From positions 45,014,001 through 45,078,000 of the forward strand of contig CM052817.1 of assembly GCA_028534125.1 (NCBI GenBank): DNA of 64,000 nt. Reading direction: 5' to 3'. Below are positions 12,188-24,000 of the stretch, piece by piece. The translations under genes and the position numbers were made by a program. A model generated the notes under the pieces. It did not search any database, had not been told where the DNA came from, and saw only the letters and a program-made list of their open reading frames with translations. How positions within the stretch are numbered: the stretch's first letter is position 1; each line of letters starts with the position of its first letter. This stretch comes from Lama glama (lineage: Eukaryota).

Positions 12188-12757
12188 TGTACTGGGTTGT
12201 ACTACATCAGCTTGATGAAGCTGGGAGCTGTTTCCCAGAATCCCCTTCCCTGTGTGATTTTAGGTTGGAGTTAGTCAAAGAGTCACAGATGTGAGATTTG
12301 GAAATAGAAGTAAAGGACTGGCCATTACTCCTGATTATATGTAATGACAGACAGTGGATCCATTGGATGGCAACTTGCCCTTGCTCGCCTCCGAGTTCAC
12401 CATGTCTTCACAGCTGTGGGACTCGTGACCAACAAAGGCCCCAGGTTCTCCACCAGAAGCTTGGAAGTAGACCCAGAGAGGCAGTAGTTACACAGAAGCA
12501 ACAGCTTCCCCAAGGCCCCTGGCAGTCCCAGTTTGGCAGCTGGGCAGTCTTGGTGTCTTGGATTTTTCTCACAAGCTCTTATGTGTACAGTTGTACCAGT
12601 GCTTCTCAAGGTTTGATCAGTGAATCTTTCTCCAGCCCTCTGACTATCCTCCCTGACTTTCATCTCCCCACATCTTCCCTCATCTGTGTAAGATCTGATT
12701 CCTACAGTAAATCCTTTATTCTTGTAATAGAGTAACTCGGCTTCCCTAACTGATACA
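12188..12757 (+). mobile_element. ERVL solo LTR (LTR33-like)
   Basis: TG...CA ends (tgtactggg...tgataca); tttcccagaatccccttccctg motif; agtaaatcc poly(A)-signal region; interrupts L2-like sequence. Confidence 0.6.
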
Positions 12758-15384
12758 CCTGGGTCTGAAACACTCTTCTTTGCATGGCTGTCTCACCTCA
12801 TAATTAAAGTTTCAGTTTAAATGTCACTTCCTGGTTTCCTTCCCTTATGACTCTTAGTAAAATAACCATCCCCTCCCCAGACCTTCTATGTTCTAGCGCT
12901 TTCCAAAGTGGAATGTGTGCACCTTATGGGGTGGATGAAATGAGAATATTTATAACATTTTTGTCTGAAAAATAAAGAACTGAAGACGTACTATAAATCG
13001 GAAACCAGCTATTGGTACTGGCAGCTTCACTCAGTGCATTTGTAGGGTGACCCTGTGTCACATACTGACTTCCTGGGGAAGAAGTGAGACCTCCGCAGCT
13101 GGAGGGACTGACTCGTGCCCTCATTCACTCAGTCACTTTCTGTGCTTTGCAACAATGGGCTGCCCCTTATTTGGGCACAGTCCTCTGCGGCTAACTCTAA
13201 ACCAGAACCAGGATTGTGAGGATTGTAAGGTAGCCTGCTAACTAAGCCCATCTTCACAAAATGGGCAAGTGGCTTTAAAGGATTCCTACTAAGAAATTCA
13301 TGAGGGAAATAATGCTGATAGTGCAAACATAAACTAACAAAAGAATAAAACATTCATACAGGGGATGCCTGTTGTGATCTTACCTAGAAGGCACACAATT
13401 TAAAAAATCTGGTAGACACAGCCTGTTTTATTCTCTTTAATCATAATCAGATAAATCCATCAAATTTTATCATAATCTGAAATTATCTTTTAAAAACATT
13501 TACATAGTTATTTCCTGTCCCCCACCCTACCACAAACATTCATTTAAATTTCTTGACTGCAGAAAACTCTGTCCTCTTCACTGCTTTTATAGTACCTTGA
13601 GCAGTGCTTGGCACTTAGGAAGCACTTAATATGTATCTTTCATTGACAGACACATACTTTATCTTAAATTTTCTTCCATGCATTTTACAAGTCAATTTGA
13701 ACTACTCTTATCACGGTCATATAAATTTACCATGCTGACTTCTGCCTTCAGCTTGGCTCATGCTCTGTTATTCACCTGCTGCCCCCACTCCCCTCATCTA
13801 TCTGACTCCCACCTACACGTGATTCAAGTCTCGCTTTTCCGTAACTCCATCCCAGCATGCTCCCGGTCATACTGAAGTCCTCCCCCGTGACTGCCCTGTC
13901 ATAAAGTGAATTTAACTATTAGGAGTTCTTCTCTGATTTAAAATTTTAATTATTTTGCTATACCAGAAAGCAGTCAGTATCTGAACAAAGTTTATACATT
14001 ACAGCAATTGGTAATCAGTAAAAAATATTTAATCTGTAAACTTTTAAATTGAAGTGCCAGTGATTTCTCAATCAGTTAATTAGTTAATTAGGAGAAAGCT
14101 ATTTGAGGTTTCTTTATCCCTCCTCAGAAAACAGAAAGTTGTTTTCTAATTAAAAAGGAAGATAAGGAGAGAAATTGCAATCACAGATGCTTTAGGATAC
14201 TGTCCCTTTGTTTTCTGGCCAGTATAGAAAGGATGAAATCAGGTGAAAACAGAAAACAAGCAACCTTCCTTACAGATAAGGAGTTAATTAGCTCCTAGGT
14301 AGTCACTGGGCCAAAAAGATCACTGAGGCATTTGATACCAAGTTAAAGTTCCCTGGAGGGTTTCTGACCCTACATTTTAAGGAAGTAAGCAAATCACAAA
14401 TGAGCAATCAAATCTAAATCTGAGAATGAGACTGTGAACTGGGGAAAACTGGTAAAAGATTAGCTGGAAAGATGTCAAGTTATATATAACTATTTGGTTT
14501 CTTTTAAAGTTTGCTATACAGTTTTAAAAATCTCATTCTTTAAATATAATATTTCACTTTAATGTTTCAAGTCTATTGTTTTCATAAAGAATTTGTTTTG
14601 CTTAATAAAAAAAAAAGGAAAAAGTTGCTGATATCTCCAACTCCAGGGAATGAGGCCTTGGCCTCTGCCTTCTGTGTAGAGTGTAGGACCAAGAAGGCCC
14701 GTCCACCTGCCATCAGCTTTCCTTAACCATCTGAGTACCCAATCTGAACTTCCTCCAAAGGAAGAACTAACATGAAAATCTGTAAGTGTGAGAGGAAAAA
14801 TGTCAAAGTAAACCCATAGAACAGAGAGGGGGCAACAGTGCTGTAACATAACAAGAGAAATGCCAGCAATCACTTCTACAACATTAGAAGCAGCAGGACA
14901 TGCCTCAAGCAACATTTCTCTTGTTTGGAGCCTTTGATTAGGTCCAGACTGGCTGGGAGTTCTTATGGATTGGAAGTTAAAGCAAAAGCAAGCTAAATTT
15001 TCCCCAAATAATAAGGAAACAGAAATTACCTTTAGTAGCTAGGGAGGGTGTTGGGAATCCTGGAATAGCAAAAAGAGAGGCAGAAGACTGGAGGGGACTG
15101 TAAAAATGACAGCAGGTTGGAGTAAAGGTACAGAAAACCAGTGAGAGACTTCCTATGGGGGGATGATCAGCTTTAAAACACTACTGTGTGACATTCAGTT
15201 TTAAATGCAAGCCTGCCTGGGACTCGGAAAACATTGGGAAAGATTTTAGATTTCTCATAACTGGTGGAATAGGGCCTTGTCACTTTATTTGGATACTGAA
15301 GATAACTCCAGAAAAATAGAAAACTTTGGGGCCACCTGGGTTATACAGTAGCCATAGAAGCCATCAGCCTTCAACAAAAAACTT

Positions 15385-15739
15385 GTTGTTCAGCTGCAAG
15401 GAGGGTGATTGGTTAGCTGACCGCCTCCAGCTGCAGCCCCTTGGACTCACCTCAGATTCTAATTCATTACTGGGCAGCCTCTAGCCAATGACTGAGTATA
15501 GAAGGAATTCTCAGACTTAGTCATTTCCGCCCAGTGTGGGACCCCCCACCAATGTGTAGTCTTTCATCAGGAATGTCCCAGTGAGTTAATGAAAACCCTG
15601 ACAGATCTGCATCCCAGTCTGAGGCAGTCTCTGCCCAATTCTGCTCCTCTCTTTATTTATATAAAGGTTACCACCAATAAACCTCTTGTACATCTGAATC
15701 TGTCTCAGTGCCTGATTCCCAGAGAACCCAAATGACACA
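15385..15739 (+). mobile_element. ERVL LTR (LTR16-like)
   Basis: 3' end caataaacctcttgtacatctgaatctgtctcagtgcctgattcccagagaacccaaatgacaca is typical of the LTR16 family. Confidence 0.6.
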
Positions 15740-17769
15740 GGTCACATATAATATACTTTTCATTCCAGTCAATAAGTATTAGCTGCTATTATCTTTGTTA
15801 TTATCTACTACATCCCCAAACACAGACTTTTAACACTAGGGGAAAACTTGCAGATGAAGGACAACCAACAGCCTTGGAATCAAGAGACTGGAAGATCTTT
15901 CTGGTTCCACCACTCATTGGTTGTGTAGTCTTGACAAGTCTCATGGCCTCTTTGAGTATCAGTTTCCTCACCTGCAAACTGAAGCATGAGAGACTGATTT
16001 CTGAGGTTCTCTAAGGGCTCTCCCCAAACATTACCTCTTTTCAGTGTTCTGTCCAGTGCACCGTAGTTTTTGCTTTATGGATACCTGATGGCTTACATTG
16101 GCCACCTTTTACAATGATGCTCCCTGTACTCCTTTGAATATATTTATATTTTAAGATAAACTGCCATGGGGAACTGCTTTAAGACTGACACAATGTGAGA
16201 AGCTCACTTCTCTGGTCTTAGATTATTTTGATAACATGAGATGGAAATTAGAAGACTCCAGAAAGCTTTCATTCTTTCTTTATTCCCTATCAAGTACAAT
16301 GCCAGGTGATGTCCAAGTAGTTCTCACATTGCTCCATCCTTCTCCCTGAAAGTGGGATTTGCCAATTGTCCAGTTACCCCTGTGGGTCCCTCAGGTTGGG
16401 GACAGACCCAAGAGGTGATGTGATACCTTTTATAATTGAGGATATAACCAGAACATTCCAGGGGAGGGGAGACAGGTGTTCTCAATGCTTATTTCTCGAA
16501 ATAAACAGGATCCTTGAGGTTGTGGATCCTGGAAGACAACCCATCTCAACCTTCATATCATAGGAGTTAACAGAGGAAGAGTTTTCTTTCTAATAATTTA
16601 TAGAAAAATTTTAAAAAGCAAGCAAGCATGATTTACAAGCAAAGAAACAAACAGGGAATATATACACATTACATTTCCTCTCCCCTTATTGTAACTTTTC
16701 TTCTGAAAAGAGATTCCAAAATGCTTGTATACCTTGTTTAAAATTTTTAAAAATACTATCCACAGTCTATTCTATTTCCCATGAAATGGAATAATGATGT
16801 AGCAGTATTAGGAAATCTTGGACCCCAGGATGGAAATTTTCTTAACGGGTTTCTATAACAGTGAAAATCAGAAACACCTGAACTCAATCACATTAATAGC
16901 CTTACCATAGTCTAAATTAATCCAGCAGGAACAGTAGATTTTACAGAAGAAGGCAATGAACAGAATCAGGTTCAGCTGGCATACCCAAGAATCTGGCAAA
17001 AGGAAAAGAGCAAACCTTTGTTTCTGTTACCCATTATGAGATAATAGTGATACGACGTGCCGTGGTCTATCTACAAAGGAGCTGGTTATCTCCTCTCAAT
17101 TCACAAAGTCATTCTTCCAAAGAGAACTGAAATGTTACCATGCTTTGAGGTTTTAGTGTAACCACATAGGAGAGAAAAAATATTAGCTGGTTCTTGAGGA
17201 ATATTTTGACTTCAGAAACTTGGCTATGATGGTTTAAGAGGGAAAAAATCTAAGAAAGGTGGTAGAACCTAGTCCCTGTTGAGCCTGGGGTTGATAGATT
17301 TGTCAGAAGTCCAACCCAACAGTCCTCACTGTCCCCAAGGAGGAAAGGATAGATGGAATTTTGGGTTAATCCATAATAAAGTTGGAAAGATATGGGGGGA
17401 TTAAAAAACGGAAAGAACTAATGAAAATATGAAAAGAACTAAAATTTCTTCCGATACTGTTTCCCTGTTAAGTTTGGATACAGTCATTTTGTCAAATGGT
17501 GTAATTTTCTTGTTAAAAAGAAAAGCATGAGCTCCCTCCAGTGGCAAATCTAAAAAATTTTTTAATTAGAAAAAGGCTGACACATGCCTGGCTTTTCTGA
17601 ACATAGTCACTATCACTGGTTTCTAATGAGAGAGACAATATCTAGAATTCACGTGTTAGTCACTCACTGATTTTAAGGTAAATTTTGTGTGTGGATATCT
17701 AAGGTATTTTAAGTTCTTACTTTAATAAAGCACACAATTGAACAATTGGAAAACTAGAAATTATCTATG

Positions 17770-18490
17770 CACTCCTTCAGCACATATTAACTGATTACCT
17801 ACTATGCGCCATGCATTGCTCCAAGTGTGAGGATAGAGCAGTGAACAAAGCAAGCTCCTTATTAAACTCATATTCTAATGCAGAAAGGCAGGCAATAAAT
17901 AGTTAACTATTGAATACATATTATGCCAGAGGCTTCTAGGGGCTATGGAGAAAAATAAAGCAGGAGAAAGGAGTGTGGGGTGGGAGGTAGGCTGGGAGAT
18001 CAGGGGAAGACTTCCTAATAAGATGTCACTTGAGCAGAGAAACAAAGAGAGGGAGCAAGACATGTGTTTGGGTCAGAGGAAATAAAGTGTGAAGGTCCTG
18101 AAGCTTGACACACCGACAGCAGCTAACAGTCCATTTTTCCTGGGCAGAGTGAGTAAAGGGGAACGTAATGGGAGAGGAGCCCAGAGAGGTAACGTGGGGT
18201 CTTCTATATCCCTGAAGGACTTTCGCTTCAAGTCTGAGTGAGAAAGGGAGCTGGAGGAATGACCTGATCCATTTAAGGACCCCTCTGACCACTACAAGAA
18301 TATACACAATAGTGGGGCAAGAGAAACTATTTAAAGGCTAATTAACAACTATATTTCTAGAAGGAGGGAGAGGCCAGATGTATTGAATGCTGCAGGTAAG
18401 ATAAAGAGTGGAAACTGACCATTGGACTTAGCAAACCTCAAGGTGATTGATGATCTTGATAAGAATAGTTTCAATGGAATGGTGGAAGCA
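17770..18490 (-). mobile_element. LINE-2 fragment
   Basis: Antisense L2 3' motifs acctactatgcgcca, gagcagtgaacaaa, ccattggacttagcaa, gtttcaatggaatggtgg. Confidence 0.7.
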
Positions 18491-20549
18491 AAAAACTAAT
18501 AGGCATTTCTTAGAATGTTAAATGTACATATGTTTAATGTATGTTAGCCAGATCAACATCAAGAAAACTCCATATTCATTTCCGTATTTAGTCTTGAATT
18601 GGCAAAAGAGTTTTCCATCTTTGTCTGAGCCCCCTGTGATTTTTAACCTAAAATGAATCGTTCTAGAAAAGAAAATATCCTTTATACCTTTGCAAAAGAG
18701 ACCCTGTTAAAATTATAAAATAGATCATAATACCTGGATTCAAGTGGCTTAAAATTTTCTTTATTAAAGGGGCCTAGATTACAGGGCTATTTTAAATTTT
18801 GTTTGCATAAGCAGCACACTGTTTGGACTTATATCTTTATTTGCCATGTCTTTTGGGTGGGGAAAAGAAGTAAAATAGTTCAGACAGCAGCTTGAGCACC
18901 AGTCTTGAGCTGTTAAGTCTCTATTACAAGCTCCTTAATAGGAAGGAGGAAGATGGAAAAGGGCAAAAGGGTGCACCTCTTAGCAGAATTAGCCCTTCAA
19001 ATGTCCCAAACAATATAGTGCTTCTGCATCTATCTGCAGAAATTTCTTTCCCTCCTCTAGAAAAACTCTTCATCTTTCAGAATTTCAATCAAATAGTACC
19101 ACAACTGTGAAACATTCTGATTCCTCTGGGCTAGGCTATCCTCTCTATTGCTTCCATGGCTCTATGTTAAGAGCACGTTTATTCATTTTAAGAGTGTTTG
19201 TCTATTTCTCTCCCTTATTAGTCTGTAAGTTTCCTAAGGGCAAATACCCATAGCTTATTATTTTTGTACTCAAAACGCTTACCATAGGGCCTGACATACA
19301 GATTGTGAATAAAAGCTTGTGACATGGCCTGAGTGTTTTATTCATAAGTCACATTTAGTGACTTAAGATAAATATTCCTAGTGCGTGTTTATGCTTTTGA
19401 TAGGAATTATTTTAAATAATTTCAATATATTTTGTTTTGAGAAATCATTTTTCCCTTCACTAATCCAACCAGCCAAAAATGTTTTTAATTTAAATCTGTG
19501 AATGGGTTTTTTAAAACAGATTTACTGATTACATTTACCTCTTAATAATGTCACAAGTACCTGATCCAACGATTAATAAATAGAATAGTCATTTTCCAAA
19601 TGTGACTGAATAACTAATCGTGGTTTGAACAGCGTTCTTGAATTTGTTTGTGCCTAGATGTGACTACAGAGTTGTCTTGTTTTGGTTCATTCCAACATGG
19701 CTACAGATGATCTGGACTGAAGTTGGTGTTCTGTGAAATTACCCATGTCAAGCAGGGGAATACCACTGTCCGTCTACCGATGCCAGACAAGCTTACCAGC
19801 TGACAACTATCTGGCTACTTATCCCTTTCTCATCTAGTTACAGTCAAGACTGCCTAGACTGAAATACCAGCTTCCTCACCTGCTGTGAACTTAGGCAGTC
19901 AACTTGTCTGAGCCTGTTTCCTCATCTGCGAAGTACAGATAATTTCTATTTTAGAGGACTGTTCTCAGGATTGAATACAAGTGAAGTGCTTGAAACAGTG
20001 CCTGATACAGGGTGAGTGATTAAATGTCTTTCTATATTAACAACACCCTATTTCATTAGTTCATTCACCACATACTTATTTTTGCACACTGTGAAATTGT
20101 GGAAATGTATTCTCACCAGGATCCGAACTTAAAACTCTGGATGAAGAGTACTGACAAAGATTGTAACAGTAGTTGGCTTTTAAATACAAATTTATTTGCA
20201 ATTTAAGCCGATCAACATGACCACATTTTATCCAGTTTGCACCCTTTTCCCTTATCTGGGTCACGCTGGATTGAAACAATTAAAAACAAAACAGAAACAA
20301 GTATTTAAAATTACACAGGAAAACTAATTTACACTCGTCATTGATCTCTTTTCCCCTCTCTAAAATGGGATAGTGCTATCTACTTGGCACGGGTATTTTT
20401 AGCTTCTAACTGTGGGATTTAAAAAATAAATAGATAAAATAACTATTAGTTCTCATTTATCCGTTTCATAGGAGTGTCGGGTTGAAAAACTAATGTGTGT
20501 GAAAAAAAGTTTGCAGTTCAGATTATTTCAGAAACGCTAGGCAGTAGCA

Positions 20550-21010
20550 TTGGTTAGCCGCGGGGGGGCGGAGGGGGAATTTGGTTTAAAGCGTTCCAGA
20601 ACATTTCGGCAGTGAGAGTAATTTTGACACTTTGAAGCTCCCGTAGTCAAGCTCGCTTTACGAACCAAGATGGCGCCGCCCGCCGAGTTACCCATGCGTA
20701 GTTTCCGGCCATACTCGGAAGCACGATTCCACGCTGAGACGGCTGGGGGTTACCAGCGGTGTGGGTTTTCTTAAAACTGCTCGCCGTGGAGCCAGTTTGC
20801 AGCCAACATGTCTAGCAGAAACAACAACAAGCTTCCCAGCAACCTGCCGCAGTTACAGAATCTGATCAAGCGGGACCCGCCGGCCTACATCGAGGAGGTG
20901 GGAATGCGGCGCGGAAACTCTATAGACGCTGGGGCGCGGCAGGTTGAGACACTGGCTGGAGGGAGGCGTGGAGTGGAGCTGGGATCCTGGCGTGCCGCGT
21001 GTTCAGCTGT
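20550..21010. promoter_or_regulatory. SDAD1: SDAD1 CpG-island promoter (GC box, YY1, ETS motifs)
   Basis: ggggcggag at ~20565-20573; caagatggcg 20666-20675; tttccgg 20702-20708; cggaagc 20716-20722; CpG-rich and TATA-less. Confidence 0.8.
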
Positions 21011-24000
21011 TAGGTTCAGGGGTTCCTCGAGAGGAGAAAATGGGTTAAGGAAGAGGCATGCTTCAGAGTTCGTTCCCCACCTCTTGGAAATCTGCTGCCC
21101 CTTTGGATTTTCTAGCTGCTCTGTAGACCCCGCTGCCACGGAAAAATCCTTTAGAAGATCTCATTTTGCTTTGGAGTTTATCTCCCGACCTCATAGAGGT
21201 AGAGAAACAGATGGCCTGCCCCCACTCTCCAACTTCCAGACAAGTTTCTCGGCCTTTTCTGAAACCTCTAACTTGAACTAGTCGGTAACACTTAATGAAT
21301 CTTATGTTATAATTCCTGTCAACCGACGGGGTGAGGATCTTGCCGGGAGCACACTGAGTTATGGGGCTCTCTCTTCACTTATTGACGGTATTGTGGAGCC
21401 AAGAGAGGTAGGGTGTTGCCTGAAACATGTTGGGGCTCCAGGTCTCTCTCTTGACTCCTACTGCTGGAGAAAGCTGTAGGCCTAGCAGTTTTGTTGAGAA
21501 AATCAAGGGTTATATTTGACCAGGCTAAGTTTAAGATGTCTTTAGACACCTAAATAGACATGTCAGACAGGCAATTGAATATATGAATTTGGAGTTCAGT
21601 GAACCAATTAGGGCTGGTAACATAAAGAATTACTCATTCTCACAGTGAGGATCTGTCTGTTTCTCTCTCTCTGTCACACACACACACACACACAGAGTTT
21701 AAAACCGTGGGCTAAGCGTGGAGAGTACCTGTGGGGCATAGAACTGAGGCCTGGTGAGTTCCAACATTAAATTACTGGATTGTTGTTAGGATTAAACATA
21801 ATTAAATGAGATAATGTACATGATGGGTTTGACACATAGCAAGTGCTGATAAGTGGAAGCTATTATTATTTCTGTATGTCTATTGCTTTTGGCTGTTAAC
21901 ACATCTAGAGCTCCAGAATAAAATATTTACTTATTAAAAAGAACAGGGGAATTTTGACTGGAGAGCTTTGTGTACTTGAGATACAACTTACATTTTCTAA
22001 CCCAGTATTTTTCTGCAGCTGTGGGTGCTCTAGATACATAGACAATGTAAGAGGGGTCATTTAGATAGTAAATGGCAGAATAGGGCCAGATCTGAGTTTT
22101 TGACTCTTGTTTCTCTATTCTTTGTATGATACTACCTAAATTTCTAAGTGAAAGGGTCTGTAGATTATCCATGATGTACTCAGACTTTTCAAAATTCGTT
22201 TTGAAGAACACAGATAAGGAAAACTGTTTCTACATGAGTTTGCCACTGTTTTTTCTCTGCGCCACTATCAAAAGCTTCTGAGTAATTTTTCATTCTGTGC
22301 TGAGAAAGCACATATAATAGAAGGTAATCAATTTAAATTTTATTTTTCTACAGTTTCTACAGCAGTATAATCACTACAGATCCAATGTGGAGATTTTCAA
22401 ACTACAACCAAACAAACCCAGTAAAGAACTGGCAGAGCTGGTGATGTTTATGGCACAGGTAAGAAAAATAATCTTTGAGTAGAACAAAGAGCAGTTGTTA
22501 CACACAGCTTGCAGAATATTATTCCCAACCTCATTCCATTTGGGAGTGGAAGCTTAATTTAAAAAAAAAAAAAGTAAGTTTCCCTTTTTGCAAATATTAA
22601 TTTTTCCTAATGTTGAGTTAGAGGATGTCACTAGAGCTTTTCACAGAGCCAACCAGACAAAGCTTTCAAGCTATTTGTTTTCTTCAAATTCATCCTAAAA
22701 GCAGGTTCTAAATCATGTCACACATGATTTGCTAAGACTAGTGGAAATATGAAAGGGGCCAGAGAAATTAGCGTGTAGAAGAGAAAGATGATTTGGAACC
22801 ATCTACTTCTTTGAAACAGCCTTTTATTCTCCTTTTGCAGAACATCCTAAATATGTGCATATGAATTATAGGAGAGAAACAAAAACTTCAGAAGAGCCTT
22901 TGCTTTGTTACAGATTGGTCACTGTTATCCAGAACATTTAAGCAACTTTCCTCAAGAGCTGAAAGATCTTCTCTCCTACAACCACACTGTCTTGGATCCA
23001 GATCTTCGAATGGTAGGACCAGTACTTGGATTGATAAATTACGCTGTGTTCATGTAATATGTGTTTACATGAGAACAGTCTCTTGGCTAAATATCTTTTT
23101 AAAAAAATAAATCAGAATGTGTCACCCCTTCCTTAAAATCCTTCTGTGGCTTCTTCTTTACACTTAGAATAAAAGTCAGACTTGTTAACTTGGCGTGTAA
23201 GTCCCTACATGATCTTCCTGCCTGTGTTTTTAACCTTATCTCCTTTTCTGCTCCACTCCTCTCTCTCATCTCTCTATTCTGCAGGCATGCTCATCCTGCC
23301 AGGATGCACCTTTCCCTCTTTACAATAGGTGATTCCTTGTCATCCTTCAGATCTCACATGCATGAAGAACCCTAATTACAAGTTACAGGTTTTATGATGT
23401 TTAATTTATACACTTACCCATTAAGTAGCCAGTTTGAGCATTTAAACAGTTACCATAGTGGTTGATACTGGGTCCTGGCCAGTGCTTGCATTTCTCCTAC
23501 CTGCGGGGAATGTTGGCTGCTAATGGCCCCCAGCTGCCCTTTCTCTGAAGCACCGTGTTCAGCTAAATGGGAGCCCTAGCACCTGGGAAGTGGCCCTCCA
23601 TACGTGGTATCTGACTGACCGAGAGTTTCAAAAGCCCAGCCCCTTCTCCCAACTTTGTGTTGTAGTTTATTCCCCAGGGCTTCTCTGTGATCAGACTAAA
23701 GCTAGTCTCCAGCCAAGGACACATCGATGCTCAGCTTTTCTCTTCCCTATCCTGCTTCCTTTACTTCCCTTTGAGAAGAGGACACACCCTGAACAAACCA
23801 CTGTAATGAAATGGGCTCTGCTTCTAGTGCACCCAACCTAAGACATTTTCAAATTTTCATACATGAGTTTTTCAAGCACCTTTACAGCTGGTAGAACTAC
23901 ACAAATATTAAGAACACAAAACATACTAATATCCTATACCAAAACTTGTAAAAGTGCTGAGTATATAGATTCAACTTTGTTTCTTATTCTTATATTTTCC

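Noticed and set aside
16430..16560. Minus-strand frame RLRWVVFQDPQPQGSCLFREISIENTCLPSP, loosely like the chemokine C3-C4 region, near the CSC of candidate exon B
   Set aside because: C3-C4 spacing is 10 rather than ~15, intron positions do not match CXC chemokine genes, and the nearest acceptor (16529) is in the wrong phase; probably chance. An IL8-domain HMM search would settle it
20898..21281. Extension of the 157-aa ORF beyond SDAD1 exon 1
   Set aside because: Read-through into GC-rich intron 1; the true frame splices at 20897
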